A DNA stretch of 60,447 bases from Acidimicrobiia bacterium (GTDB taxonomy: Bacteria; Actinomycetota; Acidimicrobiia; Spongiisociales; UBA5794), in the NCBI GenBank assembly GCA_030066875.1, contig JASJAS010000042.1, positions 1 to 60,447 on the forward strand. Direction: 5' to 3'. Made by a program: the position numbers and the translations under genes. Every line of letters begins with the position of its first letter. Position 1 is the stretch's first letter. Below the pieces are notes generated by a model that saw only the letters and a program-made list of their open reading frames with translations, did no database searches and was not told the origin of the DNA. Of the stretch, positions 18,206 through 27,028 are shown one piece after another.

Positions 18206-19684
18206 CTAGTCCCGGCTGGTTTCGCTGAGCACCGTCCCATCCGCAGCGCGAATCCGGACCACCATCGGCATCTGCCCCGGCAGGCTGTGGGTGGCGCAGC
18301 CGAAGCACGGGTCGTAGGCACGGAACGCCATCTCGATCTTGTTGAGCACGCCTTCGGTGACCTCTACACCCTTGTGAATGAGTCCCTGGGCCGCCTTCTT
18401 GATCGACATGCTGATGGAGGCGTGGTTGTTGGTCGTACCCACGATCAGGTTCACCTTCTGCAGGACCCCCCGCTCATCGGTCACGTAGTGATGTGTAAGC
18501 GTCCCTCGCGGTGCTTCTACCGAACCTATGCCCTCCGTTGGCGTTTCCGTCGGAATCGTTCGGATGTCGGGGCTGGTGATTTCCTCATCGAGCGCAAGTT
18601 CCATTGTCCGCTCGGCGGCGTAGACCAACTCGACCACTCGGGCCCAATGTGTTGCCAGCGTTTGATGCACCGGAGTGTTGCCAGTCGGGTCGCCGGTCAG
18701 CGTCTTGAAGTAGCGCTCGTACTGCTCCTGGGCCAGAGGCGTCGCCATCCCCTTCGAAGCGTTGAGCCGGGACAGCGGCGAGGCGCGGTACACCCCGCTG
18801 TCGACACCGTCGGTAAACCCCGTCCAGCCCTTCGCCTTCAGGAAGGGGAATTTCAGGTAGCTCCACTGCTCGACATGCTCGCCGACGTGGTCGAGATAGT
18901 CCCGAGGGTGGTACTGGACGATCTCGGCGCCTTCGGTATCGACCACTCGGATCTCCCCGTCGTAGAAGTTGGAGTGTCCGTTCTCATCCACCGTCCCCAT
19001 CGAGTGGAATCGGTGGGTGTAGGTGTCGGAGAGGATCAGGTCGAGATAGTCCTGATTCGCCAGCACGACGTCGTCGAGAATCTGCAGGGTGAACTTGCCG
19101 AACTCGAGCAGCTGCTTGGCGTACTCGACCACCTCGAGCCGCTCTTCTTCCGTGAGGCCTTTGGTGACTCCACCGGGTATCGATGTCACCATGTGGATGG
19201 TCTTGCCCCCGAGTATCTTGACGATCTCATGCGCCGCAGCTCGGGCGCCGATCACCACCTTTCCGGTGTCGATCCCCAACTTGTGGATCATGCCGAGGAT
19301 GTTGCGTTCCGCCGGCGGTGCCTCCGGGCCCATCACGAAGTCGGGTCCACCCAGGATGTAGAAGTGGGTCGCATGGTCACCGGTGAAGAACGCGCTGTAC
19401 ATCAACTCGCGCAGCTTCTTCGCTGCAGAGGGAATCTCAACGTGATAGGTATCGTCGCACGCCTTGGCCGAAGCAAGGTGATGGGCCTCGCTGCACACGC
19501 CACAGATACGCGCTGTGATCCGGGGCATGTCCTCGACAGGACGATCCACGCAGAATGCCTCGAAACCACGCAGCTCGGGAACGATGAAGAAGCAATCCGC
19601 CACATCGCCGTTGTCGTCGAGGAAGATATCGATCTTGCCGTGGCCTTCGAGGCGGGTGATGGGGTCGATCGAGATCTGCTTCAT
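18206..19684 (-). CDS. mvhA: [NiFe]-hydrogenase large subunit, group 3c (MvhA-like)
   Basis: DPITRLEGHG, L1 RICGVC, EAPRGTL.H, L2 DPCFGCATH followed by a cleavable C-terminal extension. Confidence 0.92.
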   Translation of the reverse strand: MKQISIDPITRLEGHGKIDIFLDDNGDVADCFFIVPELRGFEAFCVDRPVEDMPRITARICGVCSEAHHLASAKACDDTYHVEIPSAAKKLRELMYSAFFTGDHATHFYILGGPDFVMGPEAPPAERNILGMIHKLGIDTGKVVIGARAAAHEIVKILGGKTIHMVTSIPGGVTKGLTEEERLEVVEYAKQLLEFGKFTLQILDDVVLANQDYLDLILSDTYTHRFHSMGTVDENGHSNFYDGEIRVVDTEGAEIVQYHPRDYLDHVGEHVEQWSYLKFPFLKAKGWTGFTDGVDSGVYRASPLSRLNASKGMATPLAQEQYERYFKTLTGDPTGNTPVHQTLATHWARVVELVYAAERTMELALDEEITSPDIRTIPTETPTEGIGSVEAPRGTLTHHYVTDERGVLQKVNLIVGTTNNHASISMSIKKAAQGLIHKGVEVTEGVLNKIEMAFRAYDPCFGCATHSLPGQMPMVVRIRAADGTVLSETSRD

Positions 19685-20691
19685 GACTCACCCCCGTTTC
19701 CTGAGCTATCTGGAGCGCCGATGGTGACCCTCCCCAGCGTTGCGTGCGCCATTGAGAACCTGTAAAAGGTGCCAATCGGATCGACGATGCCGTCGAGAAT
19801 CCGGTCGATCTCCTCGGGATCATCAGAGTCGATGACCGAAGCCAGGGCTGCAACCATCTTGGTGCCCTGATCCTTCGAGTTGGGCGCCGGCCCGTAGCAG
19901 CCGCGGCAGGGAACCCCTGCGGCGACACACAGTCCCCCACACCCACTGCGTGTCGCCGGCCCCATGCACACGATGCCCTGGTCCAGTAGACATTGATCCG
20001 GATCGGGGATCACTTCGTGGATCCGCACGAATCCCTTGATCTTCTTCTCCTGTCGTTCCCGAGGACACTCGTCGCAACAGGTCTTGTCGCCCGCTCCCAG
20101 GACCGTCCCTTTGGGAGGCAGCGGCTTGTCGTTCTCCATGATGTCGATTACTGCTTCCAGCACGGCCCATATCTGGTGCGCCTGCGGTGGGCAGCCCGGC
20201 ACGAAGTAGTCGACATCGGTCACCTGCTCGAGGGAGCGCACCGTTTCCCAGAACTCGGGCAGCTCAATGGTGCCGACCGGAGTCTCGGTTGCCGTCTGCG
20301 GCATGACCCGATCTGGATTGACCGTCGACGGAGAATCGGCGAAGACCCAATCCAGGGTCGCCGCCCGGGTGGTTGTGTTCGACAACGCCGGTATGCACCC
20401 TTCACAAGCGCAGGAACCGAAGGCGACCATGATCTTCGATTTACGGCGCAGCAACTCTGCCATGTATTCGTTGTCCGAGGTACGCACTGCACCGTTGAAC
20501 AGACAGAGATCGATCTCGCCGTCTTGCATCGCCTCGACATCCTTGACCTTGAAGTCGACGGCCACCGGCCAGAACACGACGTCGAAGAATGCGTCGACAT
20601 CGAGGATCTTCTCTTTGATGTCGAGCACCGCGATCTCGCACCCGCCGCACGACGCCGCCCAGTACAAAGCGAGTTTGGGTTTGCTACTCAT
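19681..20691 (-). CDS. mvhG: [NiFe]-hydrogenase small subunit (MvhG-like)
   Basis: SCGGCE, AFGSCA, PGCPP, CDECP, CMGPATRSGCGGLC and PCRGCYGP. Confidence 0.92.
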   Translation of the reverse strand: MSSKPKLALYWAASCGGCEIAVLDIKEKILDVDAFFDVVFWPVAVDFKVKDVEAMQDGEIDLCLFNGAVRTSDNEYMAELLRRKSKIMVAFGSCACEGCIPALSNTTTRAATLDWVFADSPSTVNPDRVMPQTATETPVGTIELPEFWETVRSLEQVTDVDYFVPGCPPQAHQIWAVLEAVIDIMENDKPLPPKGTVLGAGDKTCCDECPRERQEKKIKGFVRIHEVIPDPDQCLLDQGIVCMGPATRSGCGGLCVAAGVPCRGCYGPAPNSKDQGTKMVAALASVIDSDDPEEIDRILDGIVDPIGTFYRFSMAHATLGRVTIGAPDSSGNGGES

Positions 20692-21143
20692 GAGCCCACC
20701 TCCAGCGGTCCGAGATCTCTGATCTTGGCTGCCATCTCGTTGGCGGTTTCGGCCCATTGGTCGCCTTCGCTGGCGGACACCCAGACGAGCTTGAGCCGCT
20801 CGGGGTCGATGCCAAATCCCTCGATGAGGCGCTTCAACAAGTGCACACGTCGCAGCGTCTTGTAGTTGCCCTCTTGGTAGTGGCAGTCACCGGGATGACA
20901 CCCGGAGATGATCACTCCGTCCGCGCCCATGCTGAACGCCTTGACGACAAACGTCGGATCCATCCGCCCGGAGCACATCACGCGGACGATGCTGACGGAA
21001 GGGTCCCACTGGATGCGAGAGATTCCTGCCAGGTCGGCACCCGTATAGCTGCACCAGTTGCAGAGGAAGGCAACGATGCGAGGGCGCCACTCGCTGGAAA
21101 CCACCGCGGGCTCTCGCAGCGGGGCTTCTGTGGTGACCGTCAT
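20688..21143 (-). CDS. mvhD: Methyl-viologen-reducing hydrogenase delta subunit (MvhD/FlpD)
   Basis: FLCNWCSY.GAD, VMCSGR, GCHPGDCHY and WVSASEG. Confidence 0.93.
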   Translation of the reverse strand: MTVTTEAPLREPAVVSSEWRPRIVAFLCNWCSYTGADLAGISRIQWDPSVSIVRVMCSGRMDPTFVVKAFSMGADGVIISGCHPGDCHYQEGNYKTLRRVHLLKRLIEGFGIDPERLKLVWVSASEGDQWAETANEMAAKIRDLGPLEVGS

Positions 21144-24100
21144 ATCGTCACCTCCTCTCCGATCGATCCAGAAATCGGGCCCGATGCAATCGGGGCCAGA
21201 ATGCCGTCGAGCTCTGCCAGAATCTGCTCGTCGGTGAACCCGGCCCCGGTGATCGCCGCAGCCGGACAAGCGGCAACGCAGGTGCCGCACCCCTTGCACA
21301 AGGCCAGGTTGACCACCGCGTTGTTGTGCTCCTCATCGAACGTGATTGCCGTGTACGGACACAAGCCGAGGCAGGTCTTGCAGCCGCCGCACAGGTGCTC
21401 CTGCACGGTCGCTCGAACAGGCTCAATGATCACCTCGCCCCGCGAGATCATCCCCAAGATGTTGGAGGCCGCAGCCTGCGCTTGCGCCACCGTGTCCGGG
21501 ATGTCCTTCGGGCCCTGCGCACACCCGGCCACATAGACCCCTTCGGTGGTCGTCCCAATCGGATCGAGCTTGGGGTGGCGTTCCAGGAAGAATCCATCGG
21601 GGCTCCTGCTCAGTGAGAACACTCGGCCCACCTGCTCGGCGTCGGGCTGGGGCTCGATGGCGCCCATCAGCACCACCATGTCCACCGGGATCTCACGAAA
21701 ACGCCCGATCAAGGTGTCTTCGGCCCGTACCACCAGGTGACCGCCGTCGCCGTTGGTGCTCTTTGCGGGCATCACTTCGACGACTTTGCCCCGGATGACA
21801 TTGGCTCCCTCGTCGAGAACTCGGAGATAGAACTCCTCGTAGCCCTTCCCGAAGGCTCGCATATCGATGTAGAACTCGTAGAGCTCGGCGTCCGTCCGGT
21901 CCTTCACCAGGTGGGCGAATTTGAGTGCCGCCATACAGCACACACGCGAGCAATAGCGGTTGTAGTTCTCGTCACGCGACCCGACGCAGTGGACGATGGC
22001 CACCGACCGCGGTGGTTTCCCGTTCTTGCAGAGGATTTCACCACCGGTGGGTCCGGTCGAGTTGAGCATCCGCTCGAATTCGGTGCTGGTGATGACGTTG
22101 TCGTAACGGCCGTATCCGTAGGGAGTCATCCGGGTCGCATCGAACGACTTGAACCCGGTTGCCACCAGGATCTGACCTACCTCGAGCTCGACGATCTCGT
22201 CCTTCATATCGAGCTGAACCGCATCCGGCGGGCACACGTTCTCGCACGAGTGGCATTCAACGCAGACACCACAGTGCAAGCAGCGCGACGCCTCGCGAAT
22301 GCCCTCCTCCTCGGTCATCCCGAAGTCGACCGTGTCATAGTCGGCGAGGCGAGCTGCCGGATCGCGGGCCTCGAGCCGAGCTCGTGGCATCTTCTCGATC
22401 TGGTCGTAGGTCGGCCCGTGTTCATAGGGCGCCTTCACGAATCCACGCACCGGATCGGGCGGCGCTACGTGGGTCTCGAAGTGCTGCAGCGGCCGGCCCT
22501 GCAGATACTTGTCGATTGCCTCGGCGGCGCGACGGCCCTGACCCATCGCCTCGACGATCGAGGCCGGGCCAAGCACAACATCGCCGCCGCCAAACACACC
22601 GGGAAGACCAGTCTGCAGCGAGTCGGGTTCGACGATGAGGGTGTCCCACTTGGTGAACCCGATTTCGCCTTTCTCGGGTACCCCGCCCTTGAACCAGGTG
22701 CGGAAGGGCTGCTGACTCACCGAGGGGATCACCATGTCGAACTCGCGTACGTGCTCCGAGCCATCGATTGGGATGGGGCGGGCCCGTCCGCTCTCATCGG
22801 GTTCCCCCAGCTCGTTGTTGATGCACCTGAGTCCGGCGACCTTGCCGTTCTCCACGACAACTTCGAGCGGAGATACCAGGTAGTCGAAATGCACACCCTC
22901 TGCGATGGCACCCTCTACCTCCTCGAGGTCTGCGGGCATCTCGTCTGCGGTGCGCCGGTACAAGATGGCGACATCCGCCCCCTGCCGTCGAGCAGTTCGG
23001 GCCACGTCCATGGCGGTGTTGCCACCACCGATGACTGCGACCTTCCTGCCGGTCCACTGCGGCCGACCCAAGTTGATCTCGCGCAGGTAGTCGATGCCGA
23101 GGATGACGCCCTCGGCGTCCTCCCCGGGAACCTTCAGTTGCAGACCGCGGTGCGCCCCGAGCGCCATGAAGACCGCTCCGTAGCCGAACTCGGGACGGTC
23201 GCTGAGCAGATCCGCGAGTTTGAAGTCGATCCCGAGTTCGACCCCTGTCTGGAACTCGACACCGGTCTTGCGGATGTAATCCAGATCCCGTTCCACGATC
23301 TCAGGTGGGCAGCGGTAGTCGGGGAGTCCGACCGCCAGCATGCCGCCGAGCTTGTTGTGCTTCTCGAAGACCGTGACCTTGTAGCCCTCCTGGGCGAGAT
23401 CGAACGCACAAGTCAAGCCGGCGGGTCCCGACCCGATCACGGCCACTTTCTCGGGGTAGTCGTGCTTCACGGGAGGCGGCTCCGGGTCGGGAATGTGCTC
23501 TCGCTCCCAGTCCATCGCCAGTCGTTTGAGACCGCGGATGGCCACCGGATCGTCGACCTTGCCCCGACTGCAAGCTGTCTCGCAGGGGTGATAGCAAACC
23601 CTGCCGCAGACAAACGGCAGTGGATTGCGTTTTCTGATCAGCTTGGCAGCCTCCTCGAACCGGCCGTCGGCGATCAACGCCACGTAACCGGCAGCGTTTT
23701 GGTGAATCGGGCACGCTTCCATACAAGGGGGGCTGCCCTGCTTCTCGATGACATATGTGCTTGGGATCGCCTGCGGGAAAGCCTTGTGGATGGCATGCCT
23801 GGTGGAGATGTACTCGTCGAACGGATCCGGCACGTTGACCGGGCACACGTTGAGACACTCACCGCACGAGGTGCAGGCATCGGTGACGAATCGGGCCTTC
23901 TGCCGCACCTTGACCTTGAAGTTGCCGACGAACCCTTCGACAGACTCGACTTCACACATCGTCATGAGGTGAAGGTTCTCCCGGCGTTCCGCCGACACCA
24001 TCTTCGGAGTCAGGATGCACGCGGCGCAGTCCAAAGTCGGGAACGTCTTGTCGAACTTGGCCATCATGCCGCCGATGGTCGACTTGCGTTCCACCAGGAA

Positions 24101-24613
24101 TACGTCGTTGCCTGCCTCGGAGATGCTCAACGCCGCCTGGATGCCGGCGATGCCGCCACCCACGATCAGAGTCGCCGGGTTCATGTCGGCTCGCATCGGC
24201 TCGAGCGGCTCGTGGAGCGCGACTCGCCCGATCGCCCCGTTGACGAGCGATTCAGCTTTGAGCGTTCCCGCCGCCCGGTCCTCGTGTACCCAGGCGCATT
24301 GCTCTCGAATGTTGGCAATCTGCACCAGGTAGGGATTGAGATCGGCTTCTTGCGCCGCGGCCCGGAACGTCGGTTCGTGCATCAGCGGGCTGCAGGCGGC
24401 AACCACAACGCGGTTGACCCCCTTCTCCTCGATGTCCTGTTTGATCAGGTCCTGGCCGGCGTTCGAGCACATGAATTGGTAATCGCGCGCCGACACGACG
24501 TTGGGACGGGTTGCGGCTTCGTCGCGCACCGCTTCAACATCAACTGTGGCGGCGATGTTGAAGCCGCAGTGGCAGACATAGACCCCAACTCTGGGTTCTC
24601 CGTTCTCAGCCAT
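21140..24613 (-). CDS. hdrA: Large heterodisulfide reductase subunit A with an inserted GltD-like FAD/NAD(P)H module (HdrL-type)
   Basis: YVCHCG.NIA, ACSP..HE.TF, NIREQC.WVH, KTFPTLDC..C, HCVGSRD, CSRVCC, GPKDIP; internal PPC..ACP, GRVCYHPCE, GSGPAG and GGGNTAMD. Confidence 0.92.
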   Translation of the reverse strand: MAENGEPRVGVYVCHCGFNIAATVDVEAVRDEAATRPNVVSARDYQFMCSNAGQDLIKQDIEEKGVNRVVVAACSPLMHEPTFRAAAQEADLNPYLVQIANIREQCAWVHEDRAAGTLKAESLVNGAIGRVALHEPLEPMRADMNPATLIVGGGIAGIQAALSISEAGNDVFLVERKSTIGGMMAKFDKTFPTLDCAACILTPKMVSAERRENLHLMTMCEVESVEGFVGNFKVKVRQKARFVTDACTSCGECLNVCPVNVPDPFDEYISTRHAIHKAFPQAIPSTYVIEKQGSPPCMEACPIHQNAAGYVALIADGRFEEAAKLIRKRNPLPFVCGRVCYHPCETACSRGKVDDPVAIRGLKRLAMDWEREHIPDPEPPPVKHDYPEKVAVIGSGPAGLTCAFDLAQEGYKVTVFEKHNKLGGMLAVGLPDYRCPPEIVERDLDYIRKTGVEFQTGVELGIDFKLADLLSDRPEFGYGAVFMALGAHRGLQLKVPGEDAEGVILGIDYLREINLGRPQWTGRKVAVIGGGNTAMDVARTARRQGADVAILYRRTADEMPADLEEVEGAIAEGVHFDYLVSPLEVVVENGKVAGLRCINNELGEPDESGRARPIPIDGSEHVREFDMVIPSVSQQPFRTWFKGGVPEKGEIGFTKWDTLIVEPDSLQTGLPGVFGGGDVVLGPASIVEAMGQGRRAAEAIDKYLQGRPLQHFETHVAPPDPVRGFVKAPYEHGPTYDQIEKMPRARLEARDPAARLADYDTVDFGMTEEEGIREASRCLHCGVCVECHSCENVCPPDAVQLDMKDEIVELEVGQILVATGFKSFDATRMTPYGYGRYDNVITSTEFERMLNSTGPTGGEILCKNGKPPRSVAIVHCVGSRDENYNRYCSRVCCMAALKFAHLVKDRTDAELYEFYIDMRAFGKGYEEFYLRVLDEGANVIRGKVVEVMPAKSTNGDGGHLVVRAEDTLIGRFREIPVDMVVLMGAIEPQPDAEQVGRVFSLSRSPDGFFLERHPKLDPIGTTTEGVYVAGCAQGPKDIPDTVAQAQAAASNILGMISRGEVIIEPVRATVQEHLCGGCKTCLGLCPYTAITFDEEHNNAVVNLALCKGCGTCVAACPAAAITGAGFTDEQILAELDGILAPIASGPISGSIGEEVTI

Positions 24614-24614
24614 G

Positions 24615-25523
24615 TCAGCCCTCCCTCAACCCGGCAATCGTCAGCGGCTCACCCCGCACTGGCGGGGCTTTGGCGCTGGTTGGTATCAGCGCATGTCCCA
24701 TCCCGACCTCCTCGGGCGTGCAGCCGATGGCCAGCCCGATGAGCTGGGTGAAGTAGAGAACTGGGAGCTGGTGCGACTTCCCGTTTGTGCCTTTGGTCAC
24801 GTTGATGAGGTCCAGGTTGGACTGGCACAGCGGGCACACGGTGACGATGCAGTTGGCTTCGCGGGCTATTGCCCAGTCAACCAGGTCCATGCTCAGATCT
24901 GTGGCGACATCGGGCATTGTGGCAACCAGCATCCCGCCACAGCAGCGAACCTTGGGCGGGTAGTCGACGGGGCGGGCGCCAAGGGCCGTGAACAGGTTCT
25001 CCATCGACATGGGTAGCTCCGGGTCCTCTTCGACCGCGCCGAAGGGCCGTACGATCTGGCACCCGTAGTAGCAGGCAGGCCGGAACTCCTCGAGGCTGTT
25101 CGTTTGTGCCGCGACGAGCCGAGGGATGCCGATGTCGGTTAGCAGCACTTCGAGTGGATGCCGCACCTCAACGGTGAAGTCGGCTTCGAGCCCGCCCTCT
25201 GCGAGGGCGGCTTCGACTTGGGCACGCAGCTCGGGATCATCGGCGATGCCCTCGCGAGTGTGTTTCAGGGCGTAGTAGCAGGCGCTGCACGGGGCGACGA
25301 CGTCGTCGCCGGCAAGCTCTGCGAGAGCCAGGTTGCGGGCCGACACTGCAAAGGCGACGGTCTTTTGCACGGACATGTAGGCGGTGGCCCCGCAACAGTT
25401 CCAGTCGTCCAGTTCTGCGAGGTTGGATCCCAGCTTGTCGAACACCGCCCGCATCGATTTGTCATAGGCGATGCCGGTGGCATGGAGGCTGCAGCCCGGG
25501 TAGTAGGTGTATCGCTCGTCCAT
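24615..25523 (-). CDS. hdrB: Heterodisulfide reductase subunit B (two CCG domains)
   Basis: YYPGCSL, WNCCGA, PCSACY, YYGC, CCGG and CPLCQ.NLD. Confidence 0.93.
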   Translation of the reverse strand: MDERYTYYPGCSLHATGIAYDKSMRAVFDKLGSNLAELDDWNCCGATAYMSVQKTVAFAVSARNLALAELAGDDVVAPCSACYYALKHTREGIADDPELRAQVEAALAEGGLEADFTVEVRHPLEVLLTDIGIPRLVAAQTNSLEEFRPACYYGCQIVRPFGAVEEDPELPMSMENLFTALGARPVDYPPKVRCCGGMLVATMPDVATDLSMDLVDWAIAREANCIVTVCPLCQSNLDLINVTKGTNGKSHQLPVLYFTQLIGLAIGCTPEEVGMGHALIPTSAKAPPVRGEPLTIAGLREG

Positions 25524-25526
25524 GGC

Positions 25527-26198
25527 CTACCTCCCGATCGACTCGTAGCCGACAGCCGCAGTGATCTTCTCTCTGGCCACCTTCTCCTGCGGTAGGTCGA
25601 AGGTCTCCGCCTTGGCGATGATCTTCTGTAGCTGTTCGATGTTCCTGATCTTGTCCGGGCGCAGCTTGATGCGGCCGTGGCGCCAGAGTGCGTAGCCGGC
25701 ACGGCGCCTGTGGAACAGGCCCAGTGGCTTGGTCTTGAGGAAGTAGCGGAGCAGTAGCCCGACCTCGTAGTTCCGGCCGTAGCGCTTGACGTTGCTGGTG
25801 AACGTCTCCGACATCACGTGCACCGGAAAGCGCTTGGGGAAGATGCCTTCTTCGATGGCGATTCGTTTCAGCGCATAGATGAGGTCGGTTACCTGGATCT
25901 GCGCCGGACAGCGCAGAGTGCAGTGGTAGCAGGATGCGCATAGCCAGATCGTCCGGCTTTCGAGCAGTTCCTCTATTGCCCCCGCCCGGAACATGGCGAT
26001 CACCTGCCGCGGCGTGATATCCATGGCGTGGCTGACCGGGCAGGACGCCGTGCAGGTTCCACATTGGATGCACTGATTCAATCGCCCCCCGCCGGGAATA
26101 CGTTCGATCTCTTCGAGGAACGCAGTTCTCAATTCCTGCTCCGTCTTGGATAGGACGCCGGGCGCAATCGGTCCGGCCAGCGGGTCAAGCGTTTGCAT
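25527..26198 (-). CDS. hdrC: Heterodisulfide reductase subunit C (2x[4Fe-4S])
   Basis: CIQCGTCTASCP and WLCASCYHCTLRCP. Confidence 0.92.
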   Translation of the reverse strand: MQTLDPLAGPIAPGVLSKTEQELRTAFLEEIERIPGGGRLNQCIQCGTCTASCPVSHAMDITPRQVIAMFRAGAIEELLESRTIWLCASCYHCTLRCPAQIQVTDLIYALKRIAIEEGIFPKRFPVHVMSETFTSNVKRYGRNYEVGLLLRYFLKTKPLGLFHRRRAGYALWRHGRIKLRPDKIRNIEQLQKIIAKAETFDLPQEKVAREKITAAVGYESIGR

Positions 26199-26757
26199 GG
26201 GTCACTCCGGAGGTTTCGTTCCCCTCTGCAGGGGGGATCGGCCGGTGGTGCTGCGAAGCAGCGGCCCGGTCGAGGGGGGTGGATAGGTACGCGGCTACTT
26301 CTTCGACGACCTCGTGGATGGCTGCGGCTACGGATGGGGAGAGCTGTTCGCGGAAGGTGTGACACGTCTCAGCCTCGATGCCCCAGATGGCGATGGTTGC
26401 TGGCATCTGCCAACCCATTTCTCTGCCCAAGGCCATGACGGTGGGGTAGCTGATGTCGTGAAACGAGTTGAGGCGCACCGACCCGGCCATGTCGGTCTCG
26501 TCGATATGCACGATCGAGCCGGGCTCGTGCTTTCCCGTGGTCAGGCAGTCGATGATGGCTGCCCGGTTGCGGCCACGCAGCACATCGAGAAGAGCGAAGC
26601 CCGCCCAGGGCAGCGGAACGACATCCACGTCGGTCCGATCTGCCAACACAGTCCCGAGGATGCGGGCAGCGGCGATACCGGCGCCGTCATCACCGGCGAT
26701 CTCGTTGCCGAGTCCAACGACGACGTCCGGGGCTCTAGCGGGGCTGGGGGCGGTCAC
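26185..26757 (-). CDS. Hydrogenase maturation endopeptidase (HyaD/HycI family)
   Basis: VGLGNE..GDDGAG, IID and SFHD motifs; GTG start. Confidence 0.9.
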   Translation of the reverse strand: MTAPSPARAPDVVVGLGNEIAGDDGAGIAAARILGTVLADRTDVDVVPLPWAGFALLDVLRGRNRAAIIDCLTTGKHEPGSIVHIDETDMAGSVRLNSFHDISYPTVMALGREMGWQMPATIAIWGIEAETCHTFREQLSPSVAAAIHEVVEEVAAYLSTPLDRAAASQHHRPIPPAEGNETSGVTHANA

Positions 26758-26911
26758 TGTACCCCCAAAGGGATGAGTTGAAGTAAGGAACTCCTGGCCA
26801 CTCTCACGGTGCTGAGCAGCTGATCCCATGGCGGATCCGATCAGACCGTGCGCGGGCAACGCAAGGCAGGGCCTAGCGTTTCCCCCGCCTTTTTCCTTAC
26901 GTACTCATACT

Positions 26912-26929
26912 ATGTGAAACATTTCACAA
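26912..26929. promoter_or_regulatory. Rex-type operator (also fits the CRP/FNR TGTGA-N6-TCACA consensus) upstream of the hdr-mvh operon
   Basis: ATGTGAA-ACAT-TTCACAA differs from TTGTGAA-N4-TTCACAA at one position; overlaps the candidate -10 TAGTAT on the minus strand by one base. Confidence 0.7.
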
Positions 26930-26968
26930 TCTCTAGGGTCTTGTTTCCCGCTTTCCCCCTCCCCCCGG

Positions 26969-27017
26969 GTTCTTGCGGATCTGGGCGGCGCATAGGGCCG
27001 CCGATGTACGCAAGAAC
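26969..27017. repeat. REP-like palindromic repeat, copy C
   Basis: GTTCTTGCGGATCTGGGCGGC-N7-GCCGCCGATGTACGCAAGAAC. Confidence 0.75.
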
Positions 27018-27028
27018 GTAGGTCTGCC

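Noticed and set aside
21737-24742. Long antisense ORFs (e.g. 21737-24742 +, 18287-19765 +, 14090-15367 +, 58483-59940 +)
   Set aside because: These are shadow frames of real genes in high-GC DNA and show no recognisable motifs.
14273-26198. Selenocysteine recoding in HdrA, MvhD, MvhA or Xdh
   Set aside because: All ORFs are uninterrupted and the usual Sec positions are Cys (DCAAC, CNWC, DPCFGC).
18206-26757. Evidence of methanogenesis or an archaeal contig
   Set aside because: There are no mcr/mtr genes, and the flanking genes (gpsA, galT, trkAH, FDORs, DUF445) are bacterial.
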